In this document: piece after piece, positions 24,588 to 36,137 of the stretch
Layout of the letters: the number at the start of each line of letters is the position of its first letter
Numbering within the stretch: the stretch's first letter is position 1
NCBI RefSeq assembly: GCF_964355755.1
Contig: NC_092678.1
Coordinates: 8,014,422 to 8,078,421, forward strand
Origin: Antedon mediterranea
Taxonomy: Eukaryota; Animalia; Echinodermata
Direction: 5' to 3'
Length of the DNA: 64,000 nucleotides
Made by a program: the position numbers and the translations under genes
Notes under the pieces: generated by a model
What the model was told of the DNA's origin: nothing
The model's database searches: none
The model's input: the letters and a program-made list of their open reading frames with translations, nothing else

Positions 24588-27500
24588 TTGGACGCTCTAT
24601 TTCACATTATTTTGGAAGGAAATAAGGTAACTGTTCGAATTTTAAATGTTTCTGATTCCCCTATTTTTATTAAACAAAATACACCAATTGCAAATTTAAC
24701 ACAGATTGCCTGTGTTGATAATTTACGTAGTCAGCAAGTTATAAGCCAAGCACCGAATATTGATTTAACAAATTCTGATACGTCAAATGAACAACATTCT
24801 GCACTTAAAAACCTTTTGGAACAGTATGCCAATGTTTTTTCAACTTCCGATAAAGACTTTGGACATACTAAATCTGTTAAGCACCATATTCCATTAATTG
24901 ACAATCAACCCTTCCGATTACCATTTCGACGCATACCCCCAGCCCAATACTCTGCGGTTCGTGATGAAATCAACAAAATGTTAGACGCGAATGTTATTAC
25001 ACCTAGCGACAGTCCATATGCTTCACCTATGGTTATTGTGTATAAAAAGGATGGTTCGTTGAGACTTTGCGTTGACTTTCGAAAATTAAATTCCAAAACA
25101 ATTAGGGATGCTTTCCCCATTCCTAGAATTGATGAAGCACTGGACGCTTTGGGTTCTTCAAAATATTTTTCAACTTTAGACTTAACAAGTGGCTATTGGC
25201 AAGTTGAGGTAGCCGATGCCGATAAGCAAAAGACTGCCTTTACAACGCCAATGGGACTTTTTCAATTTAACAGAATGCCTTTTGGATTGCAAAATGCACC
25301 TGCAACTTTTCAGCGATTGATGATGTCATGTTTTGGTGATCAAAATTTTTCTTCATTACTGATTTATTTGGACGATATTATTGTTTTTTCGAATACTTTT
25401 GAACAACATCTTCAGCGACTGGAAATGGTATTCCAGCGTCTTCGTCTGCATGGATTGAAAGTAAAACCTAGTAAGTGTTCATTTTTAAAACCTAAAGTTA
25501 ACTATTTGGGACACATCGTGTCTGCAGAGGGTATATCAACCGACCCAGAAAAAATATCTAAAGTTTCGACTTGGCCTAAACCTACGAATCGCAAGGAGGT
25601 TCAACGTTTCTTGGGATTTTGTGGTTACTATCGTCGTTTTATTTCAAATTTTTCTTCATTAGCAGCACCCTTATATTCACTCACATCAGGGGATTGTAAC
25701 ACAAAGAAACATAAACGTAGTTATGCCCGTAAATCGCCTACTGTATTTAATTGGACTTCTGATTGTGACCAAGCATTCACATTATTAAAGACCCGTTTAA
25801 CTACTGCTCCGATACTTGCTTATCCAGATTATTCGCAACCATTTATCCTGGAAACGGATGCATCGGGAACAGGGTTGGGAGCAGTGTTGTCTCAAATACA
25901 TGACGGGATACAACACGTCCTTGCTTACGCTAGCCGAGGACTTAGACCATCAGAAACTCGCTATCCTGCACATAAGCTAGAATTTTTGGCTTTAAAGTGG
26001 GCGGTCACATCAAAATTTCGCGACTACTTACTGGGGACAAATTTTAAGGTTTTTACAGACAATAATCCTTTAGTGTATGTGTTAAGCTCAGCCAAATTGG
26101 ATGCTATTGGCCAACGCTGGGTAGCCGACCTTAGCCAATTTGATTTTTCTATGCATTATCGCCCCGGTAAAAGCAATGCTGCCGCTGATGCATTATCGCG
26201 ACAATATGACTTTTCTAATTCAACTGTTTTATGCCCAAATGATGTTTCAGCCGTTTTGTCCGGATACCATAGTTCTTGTTTATTTACTCATCCTCCGAAA
26301 AAGTCTGTACAGTGTAACGTATTGACAAGAAGCACAGCTAATTCTTCAAGTCGCAACAGCGATGACGTCATTAATGTGCAGGGAGGGTGTGATGAAGTTT
26401 CCTCCTACACCCCTACAGAAATTGTTCATATACAACGTAATGATCCAACTATTGGTCCTGTCATTGTATATCTTAATCGCGGATCTCGTCCGACTCATAC
26501 TGAACGCATCAATGAATCACAAACTGTGCTTACTTTACTTCGCCAATGGGATCGTTTAGAATGGAAGGACAATGTACTTTATCGTAAAACTTTTGTTGAC
26601 AATTTTCCGCGTTTTCAACTTGTACTTCCGGCTGATCATAAATCAACTGTTTTGACAAAATTACATGATGAACTTGGACATTTAGGTTATGAAAGGACTC
26701 TAGATATGATACGTAGTAGGTTTTACTGGCCTAAAATGGCTGATGATATTAAACAACATTGTATAAGTTGTAAACGTTGTTGTTTACGTAAGACGCCTCA
26801 AAGTAAAACTAAAGCTCCTTTAGTACCAATTTTCACATCCGAACCAATGGAGTTGGTATGTATTGATTTCCTTAAACTTGAACGTTCAGCAGGTGGTTTT
26901 GAAAATGTTCTAGTTGTAACAGACCATTTTACTAAATATGCTCAGGCATGCCCTACAAAGGATCAAACAGCAACTACTGTAGCAAAAGTTTTAATTAATA
27001 ATTTCTTTTTACATTATGGGTTTCCTAAACGCCTCCATTCCGACCAAGGCCGTAATTTTGAAAGTGCCATTATTAAACAAATTTGTAAATTAACAGGCAT
27101 TGAAAAATCTCGTACAACCCCTTATCACCCCATGGGTAATGGTACTACAGAACGTTGGAATCGTACATTGTTAAGCATGTTAGGCTCTTTACCAGCAGAG
27201 AAGAAACTAAACTGGAAGGATTATGTAGGTCCTATGGCTCATGCGTATAATTGCACAAAACACGAAACCACTGGTTATGCCCCTTTTTATCTTATGTTTG
27301 GACGACACGCGAGATTACCTGTTGATATACTATTTGGTATAGTAAATAATAATGGTCCGACGGATGGGGAACAATATGACGATTATGTAATTAAGTTACT
27401 TGAACAACTGAATCATGCTTATGTCACATCCCAAAATTCAGCTAGTGAAGCCAAGGCTAGGCAAAAACATAATTATGATAAACGAGCTACCAATTCAGTA

Positions 27501-27812
27501 CTTAAAATGGGTGACAGGGTACTTGTTCAAAAGAAAGCTATAGTTGGTAAACAGAAACTCGCTGACCAATGGGAAGAGAAGCCATATGTTATTGTTAATA
27601 AACACCCCACTCTACCTGTGTATACAGTTGAGAATGATACTCATAAGCGTATCCTTCATATGAATCTCCTAACCCCTTGTATGTTTCTGCCTATTGAAGA
27701 CCCTATCGATGTAAACCAACACATTATTAAGTCACGTAGTTGGAAAATTAAGAAGGGTCGTCAAATTTTTGAATCTTGGAAGAGTAAACAAGCTCCTCTT
27801 ACTGATTCATAG
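24588..27812 (+). CDS. Gypsy pol: reverse transcriptase, RNase H and integrase
   Basis: LRLCVDFRKLN, MPFGLQNAPATFQR, YLDD, TDASG, HHCC (HDELGH..CKRC), HSDQG and YHPMGNGTTER, in RT-RH-IN order. The true start is deleted. Confidence 0.93.
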   Translation: MDALFHIILEGNKVTVRILNVSDSPIFIKQNTPIANLTQIACVDNLRSQQVISQAPNIDLTNSDTSNEQHSALKNLLEQYANVFSTSDKDFGHTKSVKHHIPLIDNQPFRLPFRRIPPAQYSAVRDEINKMLDANVITPSDSPYASPMVIVYKKDGSLRLCVDFRKLNSKTIRDAFPIPRIDEALDALGSSKYFSTLDLTSGYWQVEVADADKQKTAFTTPMGLFQFNRMPFGLQNAPATFQRLMMSCFGDQNFSSLLIYLDDIIVFSNTFEQHLQRLEMVFQRLRLHGLKVKPSKCSFLKPKVNYLGHIVSAEGISTDPEKISKVSTWPKPTNRKEVQRFLGFCGYYRRFISNFSSLAAPLYSLTSGDCNTKKHKRSYARKSPTVFNWTSDCDQAFTLLKTRLTTAPILAYPDYSQPFILETDASGTGLGAVLSQIHDGIQHVLAYASRGLRPSETRYPAHKLEFLALKWAVTSKFRDYLLGTNFKVFTDNNPLVYVLSSAKLDAIGQRWVADLSQFDFSMHYRPGKSNAAADALSRQYDFSNSTVLCPNDVSAVLSGYHSSCLFTHPPKKSVQCNVLTRSTANSSSRNSDDVINVQGGCDEVSSYTPTEIVHIQRNDPTIGPVIVYLNRGSRPTHTERINESQTVLTLLRQWDRLEWKDNVLYRKTFVDNFPRFQLVLPADHKSTVLTKLHDELGHLGYERTLDMIRSRFYWPKMADDIKQHCISCKRCCLRKTPQSKTKAPLVPIFTSEPMELVCIDFLKLERSAGGFENVLVVTDHFTKYAQACPTKDQTATTVAKVLINNFFLHYGFPKRLHSDQGRNFESAIIKQICKLTGIEKSRTTPYHPMGNGTTERWNRTLLSMLGSLPAEKKLNWKDYVGPMAHAYNCTKHETTGYAPFYLMFGRHARLPVDILFGIVNNNGPTDGEQYDDYVIKLLEQLNHAYVTSQNSASEAKARQKHNYDKRATNSVLKMGDRVLVQKKAIVGKQKLADQWEEKPYVIVNKHPTLPVYTVENDTHKRILHMNLLTPCMFLPIEDPIDVNQHIIKSRSWKIKKGRQIFESWKSKQAPLTDS

Positions 27813-28488
27813 ATTTTTAATGTTGAAGCTAATTTTTGTTATTTATGCATGATTACATTATACTTAATTTTTCTTTTATCACTTGAGGTTATGTTATAGC
27901 GGCCCCTCAAAACATTTCGTATTATAAATAACATTAGATTATTTACGTTTGATTTATTTTGCTTTGATCTCTTTTAATAATTTAAGATTGATTTTCTGAT
28001 ATACAGTATTTTGCTTTAAATTTGTTTGAAACATGATTGTTTTGATGTTTATGTACGGGTAATACGTACGTGCCTTGAACACGCTGTATTGTCAGTGGTT
28101 TAGTGTGGCACTTGTTTCTGGAATGAGATGTTCGTTCCTGTTATATTTTGTATGCTCAATTGTTTTTTTGTTCTTTCTTTTGATTTTGCCAATATGCCGC
28201 TGTTAGTGGGTTGTCCTGCGACATGAATACGGCTCTAAAAACATGTATTTTTCTAGTTTGTTTTATCTTATATATTGGTGTTGCTTATTCCGTTAATGTT
28301 TATATGCTTGAACATACGGCAGCGGAAAGTTATGTTTTTTTCTTACTTAAGTTTGCTTGTACTTTTCATTTGATTTTTGTGTTAAATTTGGTAGTTTGTA
28401 AGTTGTTTTAATATTTTATACTGGTATTAGCTTAAGATTTATGTTTTTTATGTAACATCGAGGGCGATGTTCAGAAAGCCAGGGTGGA

Positions 28489-28903
28489 TGTAGCAGGTCA
28501 CTCACTCTCCTGGAATTCATGTGGTTTTCCATACTTAACTAATGTAGACTATAGACCTGGGCTGTAACCACTAAGGTGTCAACTCCTAATAATTAATTGC
28601 CTTATTCTATGGAATTGGTAATAACTTACTAATGATTACTTGGGTGTGATCTTAATGAATATACCAGCTCTTGGGAGGGGACAAGGAGGGTCACTGAACT
28701 GATAAGTCACCTCACTGGGCTACTCCTTAAATAGTCATGTATGTTCTGTAATTAACACTTCTTGTAGATTAACACAATTTTGGAAATAACTTGAACCGAT
28801 AGCTACAACTTAATCACTCTCTGTGTACCTGTATATAGTGTAAATAAAGTACCATTGAGAGAATATAACAACAGTCTGTGTCATTTATATAAAGAGTGCT
28901 ACA
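28489..28903 (+). repeat. Gypsy 3' LTR (415 bp)
   Basis: Inverted termini TGTAGCA...TGCTACA, preceded by the PPT, with an internal aataaa. Confidence 0.88.
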
Positions 28904-29137
28904 TATATATATATTTTAACAAATCAATACCATTAATAAAATTAATTACTAAAATAAAAACGGAATCTAAGCGTTATTTCATAGACAACAAAATCTAAAA
29001 ATAGTTCATGAACTATAGGAAAACGCTATGCAAAAGAGACGCGCGCGCCCTCAGCGTGCGAATTCTTTGACACAAAAATGGCTTCTAATTTTCAATGTCG
29101 TAACTCTTTATATATATATGGCTCTGACAAGGACCAG

Positions 29138-30752
29138 GGTTGGCATTGATCAATATTTGCTTATATTTTTGCTTAAGGTGAAATATTTAAGAAGTGCTTA
29201 AGCAAATAACTTAATCTTATTTATCAAACCGTCTTAGCAATGTCTTAGCAGAAAAATTGTCTTAGGTAAATTTTACTTTCCACATGCGCAAAATTAATCT
29301 CTAGAGGGCAGCAAATTATGTCTTAAGACGAAAAATTCTTGCTTACGCATGCGTATTAGCTTTTTTCTCTTAGCGATGGCGGCGCTATAACATTTTATCT
29401 CCCAGAGCCATATAAAGAGTTACGACATTGAAGATTAGAAGCCATGTTTGTATCAAAGAATTCGCACGCTGAGGGCGCGCGCGTCTTATTTGTATAGCGT
29501 TTTCCTGTAGTTCTTGCTTTATTTTTAGATTTTTTTGTCTATGAAATAACGCTTATATTCCGTTTTTATTTTAGTAATTAATTTTATTAATGGTATTAAT
29601 TTTGTAACATATATATATTGTGTCTATAATAACAAAAGAATAAATACTAGGGCCTACATGCAAGTCAGGATATATCAAAGCATGAACCAATACAAATTCA
29701 CCCCTCTTTTTATACAGTTTATGCTCTCCGTGTGTTTTTGACACAAACTTTCAGAGACTCGTTCATCATTTCATTTGTAATAATTTGCCTTTATTATTTT
29801 AATATTGTTCATACCTATTCAATATATTAACAAATATATCCACGACACTTTATTATTTTATTTAGTCATCAAAGCATGCATTATGAATTGAAAATATTAC
29901 ATAATTGTTATTAATGGGACGTAGTTATGGGATGTTTTGTTCCAAAATCAATCAATCGAACGTTATAATGTACTAGCGTACGCGCGCGAAATATTCTTTG
30001 GCGCAAGTGGTTCTGTACGCTGTGCACATCGATATTCCACCGTAAAATGTGTAATTACATTTTTTTTTATATAAGAAAAAGTTTAAAGTAATTTCTTGCT
30101 CCTATACTTTACATGCAATAACGGAGACAAGTTTGACACAAATTGATCTGCATATCACGTGACTTAAATCCAATGTCGTAACTCTTTATATATATGGCTC
30201 TGTTATCTCCGTAATTTCACTCCCAACAAGAGAGGGCGCATTCTGGCTACTATTGTTTTTATTACTTAAAATAGAGAAAGAGCACAACAGTCGGAAATAC
30301 ATACGAAAATCATTCGCTCTAAACTTAAATCAAATCAACATTTATTTATTTTTATCAATGACAGCGACCCTTGGCAGCCGATACAGTTTTCTAAAAGTTA
30401 GTCAATTGGGTCGTACCTATCCCGAAAATATTAGTTTTGCTCGTCCAATTTCTAGGCCATCTTTATGAAGATCGATATCATTATTTTAGCGTCCGTAGTA
30501 CAGCGGAAAACGCACTAGCGTAGCCTTTCCGAATGTTCAATGTTCCGGCCTAGCGCGCTCGCGTTGTCAAAAAAGAATGTTTCTGTTGCAGAAATGAGAT
30601 AAGACGAAATTTTTCATCTTAAGGCAGGGTGTTGTTTGTCTTAGATTTAAGACAAAATTAAGCAAATTTTTTTGCTTAGATATATTGATAAATCTGATTT
30701 AAGGCAAAGTTAAGACCATTTTTTTGCTAAGCAAGTTTGATAAATCCGGCCC
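29138..30752. mobile_element. Harbinger-like non-autonomous element, CAG TSD
   Basis: Right end ttgataaatccggccc and degenerate left end ggttggcattgatcaa. CAG at 29135-29137 and 30753-30755. Subterminal cttaag/gcttag repeats. Confidence 0.65.
29403..30202. mobile_element. MITE family M, copy 1 (complete, 800 bp, hAT- or P-like)
   Basis: TIRs CAGAGCCATAT(ATAT)AAAGAGTTACGACATTG. 8-bp TSD ttatctcc at 29395-29402 and 30203-30210. Confidence 0.9.
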
Positions 30753-31059
30753 CAGAGCCATATATATAAAGAGTTACGACATTGGATTAAAGCCACGTGA
30801 TATGCAGATCAAATTGTGTCAAACATTTCTCCGTAAATGCATGTAAAATATAGGAGCAACAAAATACTTTCAACTTTTTCTCATATTTAAAAAAATGTAA
30901 TTGCACATTTTACGTTGAAATATCGACGTGCACAGCGTACAGAAGTACTTGCGGCAAAGAATATTGCGCGCGCGTGCGCTAGTACATTATAAAGTTCGAT
31001 TGATTGATTTTGGAACAAAACATCCCATAACTACGTCCTATTAATAACAATAATAATAT

Positions 31060-31889
31060 TGTAAGTTCACCGGCAACTAGTACTCAATGAACTTTTAAAA
31101 TGAACGGCACCAACGAATTTACTGGCTCTTTGTTTTTTATTTATTTCCATATAATTCTAGCATATTTCAGCGTTATTTCAACTTCTTGTCTTTAGCCGTA
31201 AATTACTGAAATTAAACATTAACAACATAACAATAATAAGCAATGTAGAATAAATCTACAACGATTATCACGGCTTCAAAGAAATACCGCATTCCTAGTA
31301 CAGAGTCCCAAATTGACCCTTGACCTTACATGCTCACTCAAGCGGAACGACAATATGGCCATCACATATTTCCTTGCAACGCACGTGCGATGAAATCATA
31401 GTACTTTAGGCAATAATACGGTGTCTATTCTAGGCTAAATTCTATATTAATAATAGTCAAATAAATTTCCGATACCCATCAATTACTTCTATAATGATTC
31501 TAACATTAGATGCATTATTCCATATCATGATAAATGGTTAAACAATAAAAGTATGAGCAATCTAAAACAATGAATAACTCTCAACTACTACTGGGGTGAA
31601 AACAATATCGCCGCCAGCCTCTCAATACGAGCGCAATCCAACAGAATGCTAGCTCCCGGTGAGAACTCCTTTGATATCATTATAATTAACATAAAGTAAA
31701 ACAGAAAAACATAATGAACCATGTATTACCGGTTCTGGTGTCGTAACCTTTTTACAACTTATTATAACTCTAAAATCTCGCGAAGACATTCGTCGTCAAC
31801 ACATCACATTCTTTCATCATGTCTGCCCAAAGGACCGCTCCAAGAGTGAGGGCGCTATAACTTTAAACTACTGAAGTCAATTCAGTACA
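31060..31889 (-). repeat. BEL1 3' LTR (830 bp)
   Basis: Direct repeat of 42086-42903 with a few substitutions and small indels. Confidence 0.95.
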
Positions 31890-32378
31890 TGGCTCCCTTA
31901 AATTGGCTTTAAATTTACTACAAGTTAACATGAAGAACTTATTCATAAATCATCAACTTTAACACTGAGAGCATGGCCTCAACTACGATACAATTACTGT
32001 GTTACTTCATACATAGGTTTTCGCATGAACAAATCTCCTTTACCGTAGTAATGACACATATAAACTTTCAAATGTGTAATCTAAACAAGTATATATATCT
32101 ACATACAACAAACAGGTTTACAAATTAAAATGTCCAAAACAAATATCTGCTATAAAATTCTCCAAAGGCTCCTTGACGGGGACGATCCTTCAAACACAAA
32201 ATAATTATAATCAATGCTTATGATTATATACTAAATTGAAAGTGACTGTCCTTGGGTAGACTGCCCTCGAGTCACTATAGGGCTTTATTCTGGCCCTTTC
32301 ACTAACAATAGTTAATAACATTAAATCATAACTCATCTGAAAATGGCAACACAATAACAATAGGCGTGCATGGTGTCT

Positions 32379-35300
32379 CTATTCTTGGCTAGCAGGAACA
32401 AGTAACACTAACTTCGTGATCGGTCTTTCCAGAATGGATTTTCTACGTCCTACATACACAGACACCTTTCTCACAAATCCATCGCTACTTGGAATCGTTT
32501 CAACCACCTTTGCAAGTTCCCACTGGTTTATCGATAGGTTTTCATCATACAGCAAAACAACGTCACCTACTTTCATATTTCTTTCTTTTCTTGTCCACTT
32601 CTGTCTGTACTGCAGACTGGCAACATACTGCTTCCTCCATTTACACCAGAATACATCTGCTAGGTGCTGAACCCTTCTCCATTGTTTTCTGCTGAATTTG
32701 TCTGTGTGGCCAAATTTATCTGGTGGAGAATGACAGTGTTCTTCATTGTTAAAAGGTGAGCTGGAGTCAAGGGTTCTTGAGAGACATCTGTAGTCGTTGT
32801 CAGTGGCCTGCTATTAATCACAGCTTCAACCTCTGTCATGAAGGTTGTTAACATTTCATCGTTTAGCATACATGGATTTTGCATTAATAGCCCATCGAGC
32901 ACACTCCTGACGGTTCGGATCATGCGCTCCCATGCGCCTCCCATGTGACTGGCAGTTGGTACATTAAAAACCCAATCACAGTTATAGTTCAGAATTTTAG
33001 AATTCAGCTCAGTCTGGTTCATTTCCTTTAAGGCTTCTTGTAGCTCCCTACAAGCTCCAACAAAGTTTGTGCCTCTGTCCGAACGCAATTGTCTAACAGC
33101 TCCTCTTCTGCACAGAAAACGTCTAAACGCATTCAGAAATGAATCCGTAGATAAAGAGTTGGCAACTTCAAGGTACACCGCTATGGAACATAAGCAGGTA
33201 AACAATACTCCGTAGCGTTTCGCCTCTTTTCGTCCATTTTTCACGCCAAACGGGCCGAAAAAGTCTACTCCACTATAAGTGAATGGAGGAGATGGTTCGA
33301 ATCGATCTTGAGGTAAGTCTGCCATTCGTTGAATTTCAGTCTTTCGTCGAAGTCGCCTACACGTCACACCATCATGAATGTATCTGGACACCGCTGATAC
33401 ACCGCCAATGATCCAGTATCCCGCTGACCTGATGGCATTCAGTGTTATGCCACGGCCTTGATGATGGTTCTTATCGTGGTAATGTCTAACTAGCAGTCTG
33501 GTAACTTCGCACTTTGATGGTATTATAAGTGGGTGCTTAATTTCATCTGGGAGACTGCTTTTCTTCAAGCGCCCACCAACACGAAGCAATCCTTCTGCAT
33601 CAGTCACTGGGTCTAATTTCTCCAGTTTCGATAAGTCGGCTAACTCGTTGTGTTGAGCTTCCTTAATTAATAATTTCTCAGCTTTTACCACATCTTCAAC
33701 TGTCAATTCACTTGATCTCTTCCATCCTCTTAGTTTGTAGAAGAATACTAAACATCTTGCGAAAACTCTCCTTACCCTGTTCCAATTCGAGTTTCGCTGT
33801 AGGACTGCTGAAATTATGTCTGCCTTCACACGTACAGCAAACACTTTAACTTGTTTAACTTCGACGTCATCAGCAACAGGAGTGAAGTCTATATCTTCTG
33901 TGCGCAGTTCCTTCTCAAGCAGGAACTTGGGACCCTGCTACCACATTTCACAATCCCTCAGCTTCTCAATGTCCATACCTCTTGAGGCTATATCAGCTGG
34001 GTTGTTACTACTGGATACATAATTCCACTGTCCTGGTTGACTTCCGTTGCGTATTTGTTGTACCCTATTTGCAACAAATGTGTGAAATCTTCTCGCCTCA
34101 TTATTAATGTAGCCAAGTACTACTTGGCTGTCCGTCCAAAAATATTCTGCCAGGTTCTCATACTCCAATTCATTTCTCAGAATAGCTGCAATTCTGACAG
34201 ACAATGTAGCCGCAACTAATTCCATCCTTGGCATGGTCATGACCTTCAGTGGTGCTACCCGACACTTACTAAAGAGTAGACAGCATTTGACGTTGTCCTG
34301 ATCATCGATCATTCTTAAATAGGAACATTGACCATAACCTACTTCGCTGGCGTCACTGAAATGATGCACTTCATATGTTTTGACGGTAGAAGGTTCACAT
34401 GGCTTGTAGCATCTAGGAATATGTATATCCTTCAAGTACTCCAACTGCTTCTTCCAGCTAAGCCATTCCTTCAGTGTCTCCTAATCAATCTGATCGTCCC
34501 AGTTGGATCCTCCAGCACACACCCTTTGCAAAATGCGTTTTCCTACCAAAATGTATGGTCCCACGAAGCCTAAAGGGTCGAAAATGGCACTGACGGTTGA
34601 TAGTATCCCCCGCCGAGTTGTTGGTTTTCCCATGTGTACGGATTCAAATGTAAATACGTCTTCGGTGGCATTCCATAAAATGCCTAACGTGCGTTCAGTA
34701 GGCAAGTTACTCAAATCTAATTTATCAACCTTCGTGGCTATGGACTCGGTTGGCAATGCTTGCAACACTTCTGGTGAGTTAGATGTAAATTTGTGTAATC
34801 GAAAGCCTCCATCTTTCAGCATTGCAGCAGTCCTTGTTATCAGGCTTATGGCTTCACCGGGAGTAGGAACGGAACTCAGGCCGTCATCAACATAGAACCC
34901 AGATTTCACAAACTTAGCTGCATCCTCTCCATACACATTCTCAAAAATGTCAGCCGCCTTCTTTAGGGAAAAGTTTGCACACCCAGGTGATGACTTAGCA
35001 CCAAAAACATGTACCTTCATTCTGTACTCCATTGGTTCTTCATTTATGTTTCCATCCGGCCCCCACAGAAACCTTAAAAAGTTGCGGTCACTGGGTTTGA
35101 CCAAGACCTGGTAAAACATGCCTTCAATATCCCCCAAAAGAGCAACATGTTCCTTCCTGAAGCGTAGGAGCACCCCTATCAGACTGTTAGTCATATTTGG
35201 TCCTTGGCTGAGCAGGTCATTTAGTGACACGCCTTGGTGTCTGGCAGCACAATCCAGTACCACCCTCAGCTTATCTGGTTTCCTGGGGTGGTAAACCTCA

Positions 35301-35791
35301 TGATGTGGTATATACCACGCTGCTATTGCCTTCTCATTTTCGGGCACCTCCTCTGCTTGGCCTTCCTCTATTATTTTCTTCATGAACAACTTGTATTGTT
35401 CGGCATACTTGGGATTCTTCATCATTTTCCCTTTCAATTGTTCCAGTCTTCTCCTTGCTTGGAACTTGTTGTCAGGCAATATAGGATTTTCAACCTTGAA
35501 TGGTAAAGGTATTTGAAACTTACCATTAACCATCTCAACACCATCATTCAATGTCTTAAGAAAACTTTCATCTTCAATAGACATAGACTGGGTCCGTTCA
35601 GCTTTTTCAATAAAATCGGCTTCAAACAGATCCAGTACTTCCTTGGTAGTTGTTTTAAATGAAAAGTGTGTTTTGTTGACTGTTTGCCTCTTGCTCAGCT
35701 TAGTTACGCCTAATATGCCCCATCCCAAGGAGGTCTTTACAGCATAGGGGTCATTGTCGTTTTCACCATGGAGTACTTCCTTTGGCATCAA
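32379..35791 (-). pseudogene. BEL1 pol remnant: RT, Pao peptidase A17/RNase H, integrase and C-terminal domain
   Basis: ORF pieces 34481-35791 (YIPHH, KLRVVLDC, FYVDD, FDPLG), 33938-34444 (FSDAS, PRMEL, WTDS), 32660-33844 (GVDFFGP, SDRGTNF, GGAWER, NSRPL) and 32379-32576, separated by stops and frameshifts. Confidence 0.92.
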
Positions 35792-36137
35792 TGCTGTTGA
35801 ACAATTATTTCATTTCATTTCATTTCATAATAACATTTATTTCCTTCATAATATACAAAATAAATAATATAATACACAAAATTCATGACGAGAAGAAAGA
35901 TAGTTAAAACAATACAATTTTTTTTTCTCATCTTTAACATGAATAAAACAATATTATGAAGGAGGCACAATTTCTAAAAAGCAAAAGCTTGTGTTGAAAG
36001 TGCCTGAACAAAACAAAAAGTAACTAAAATCAAATTAGTAAATAATAGTAAATGGTATATAGGAATAAAGTAATTACCATGACGGAATATGAAAACAATA
36101 AAAAAACTGATACCTAGAATATAACTAGTTAATTAAT

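Larger units (their letters stand above)
24530..28903 (+). mobile_element. Gypsy/Ty3 LTR retrotransposon with a 5' internal deletion
   Basis: Begins with TGTAGC (the first 6 bp of the LTR) fused directly to pol. Purine tract agaaagccagggtgga precedes a full 3' LTR. Both flanks are (TA)n. Confidence 0.9.
24405..29126. mobile_element. MITE family M, copy 3 (left end not found, split by Gypsy)
   Basis: 24405-24529 plus 28904-29126 match 43051-43398 and end in the TIR ...gtcgtaactctttatatatatatggctctg. Confidence 0.8.
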
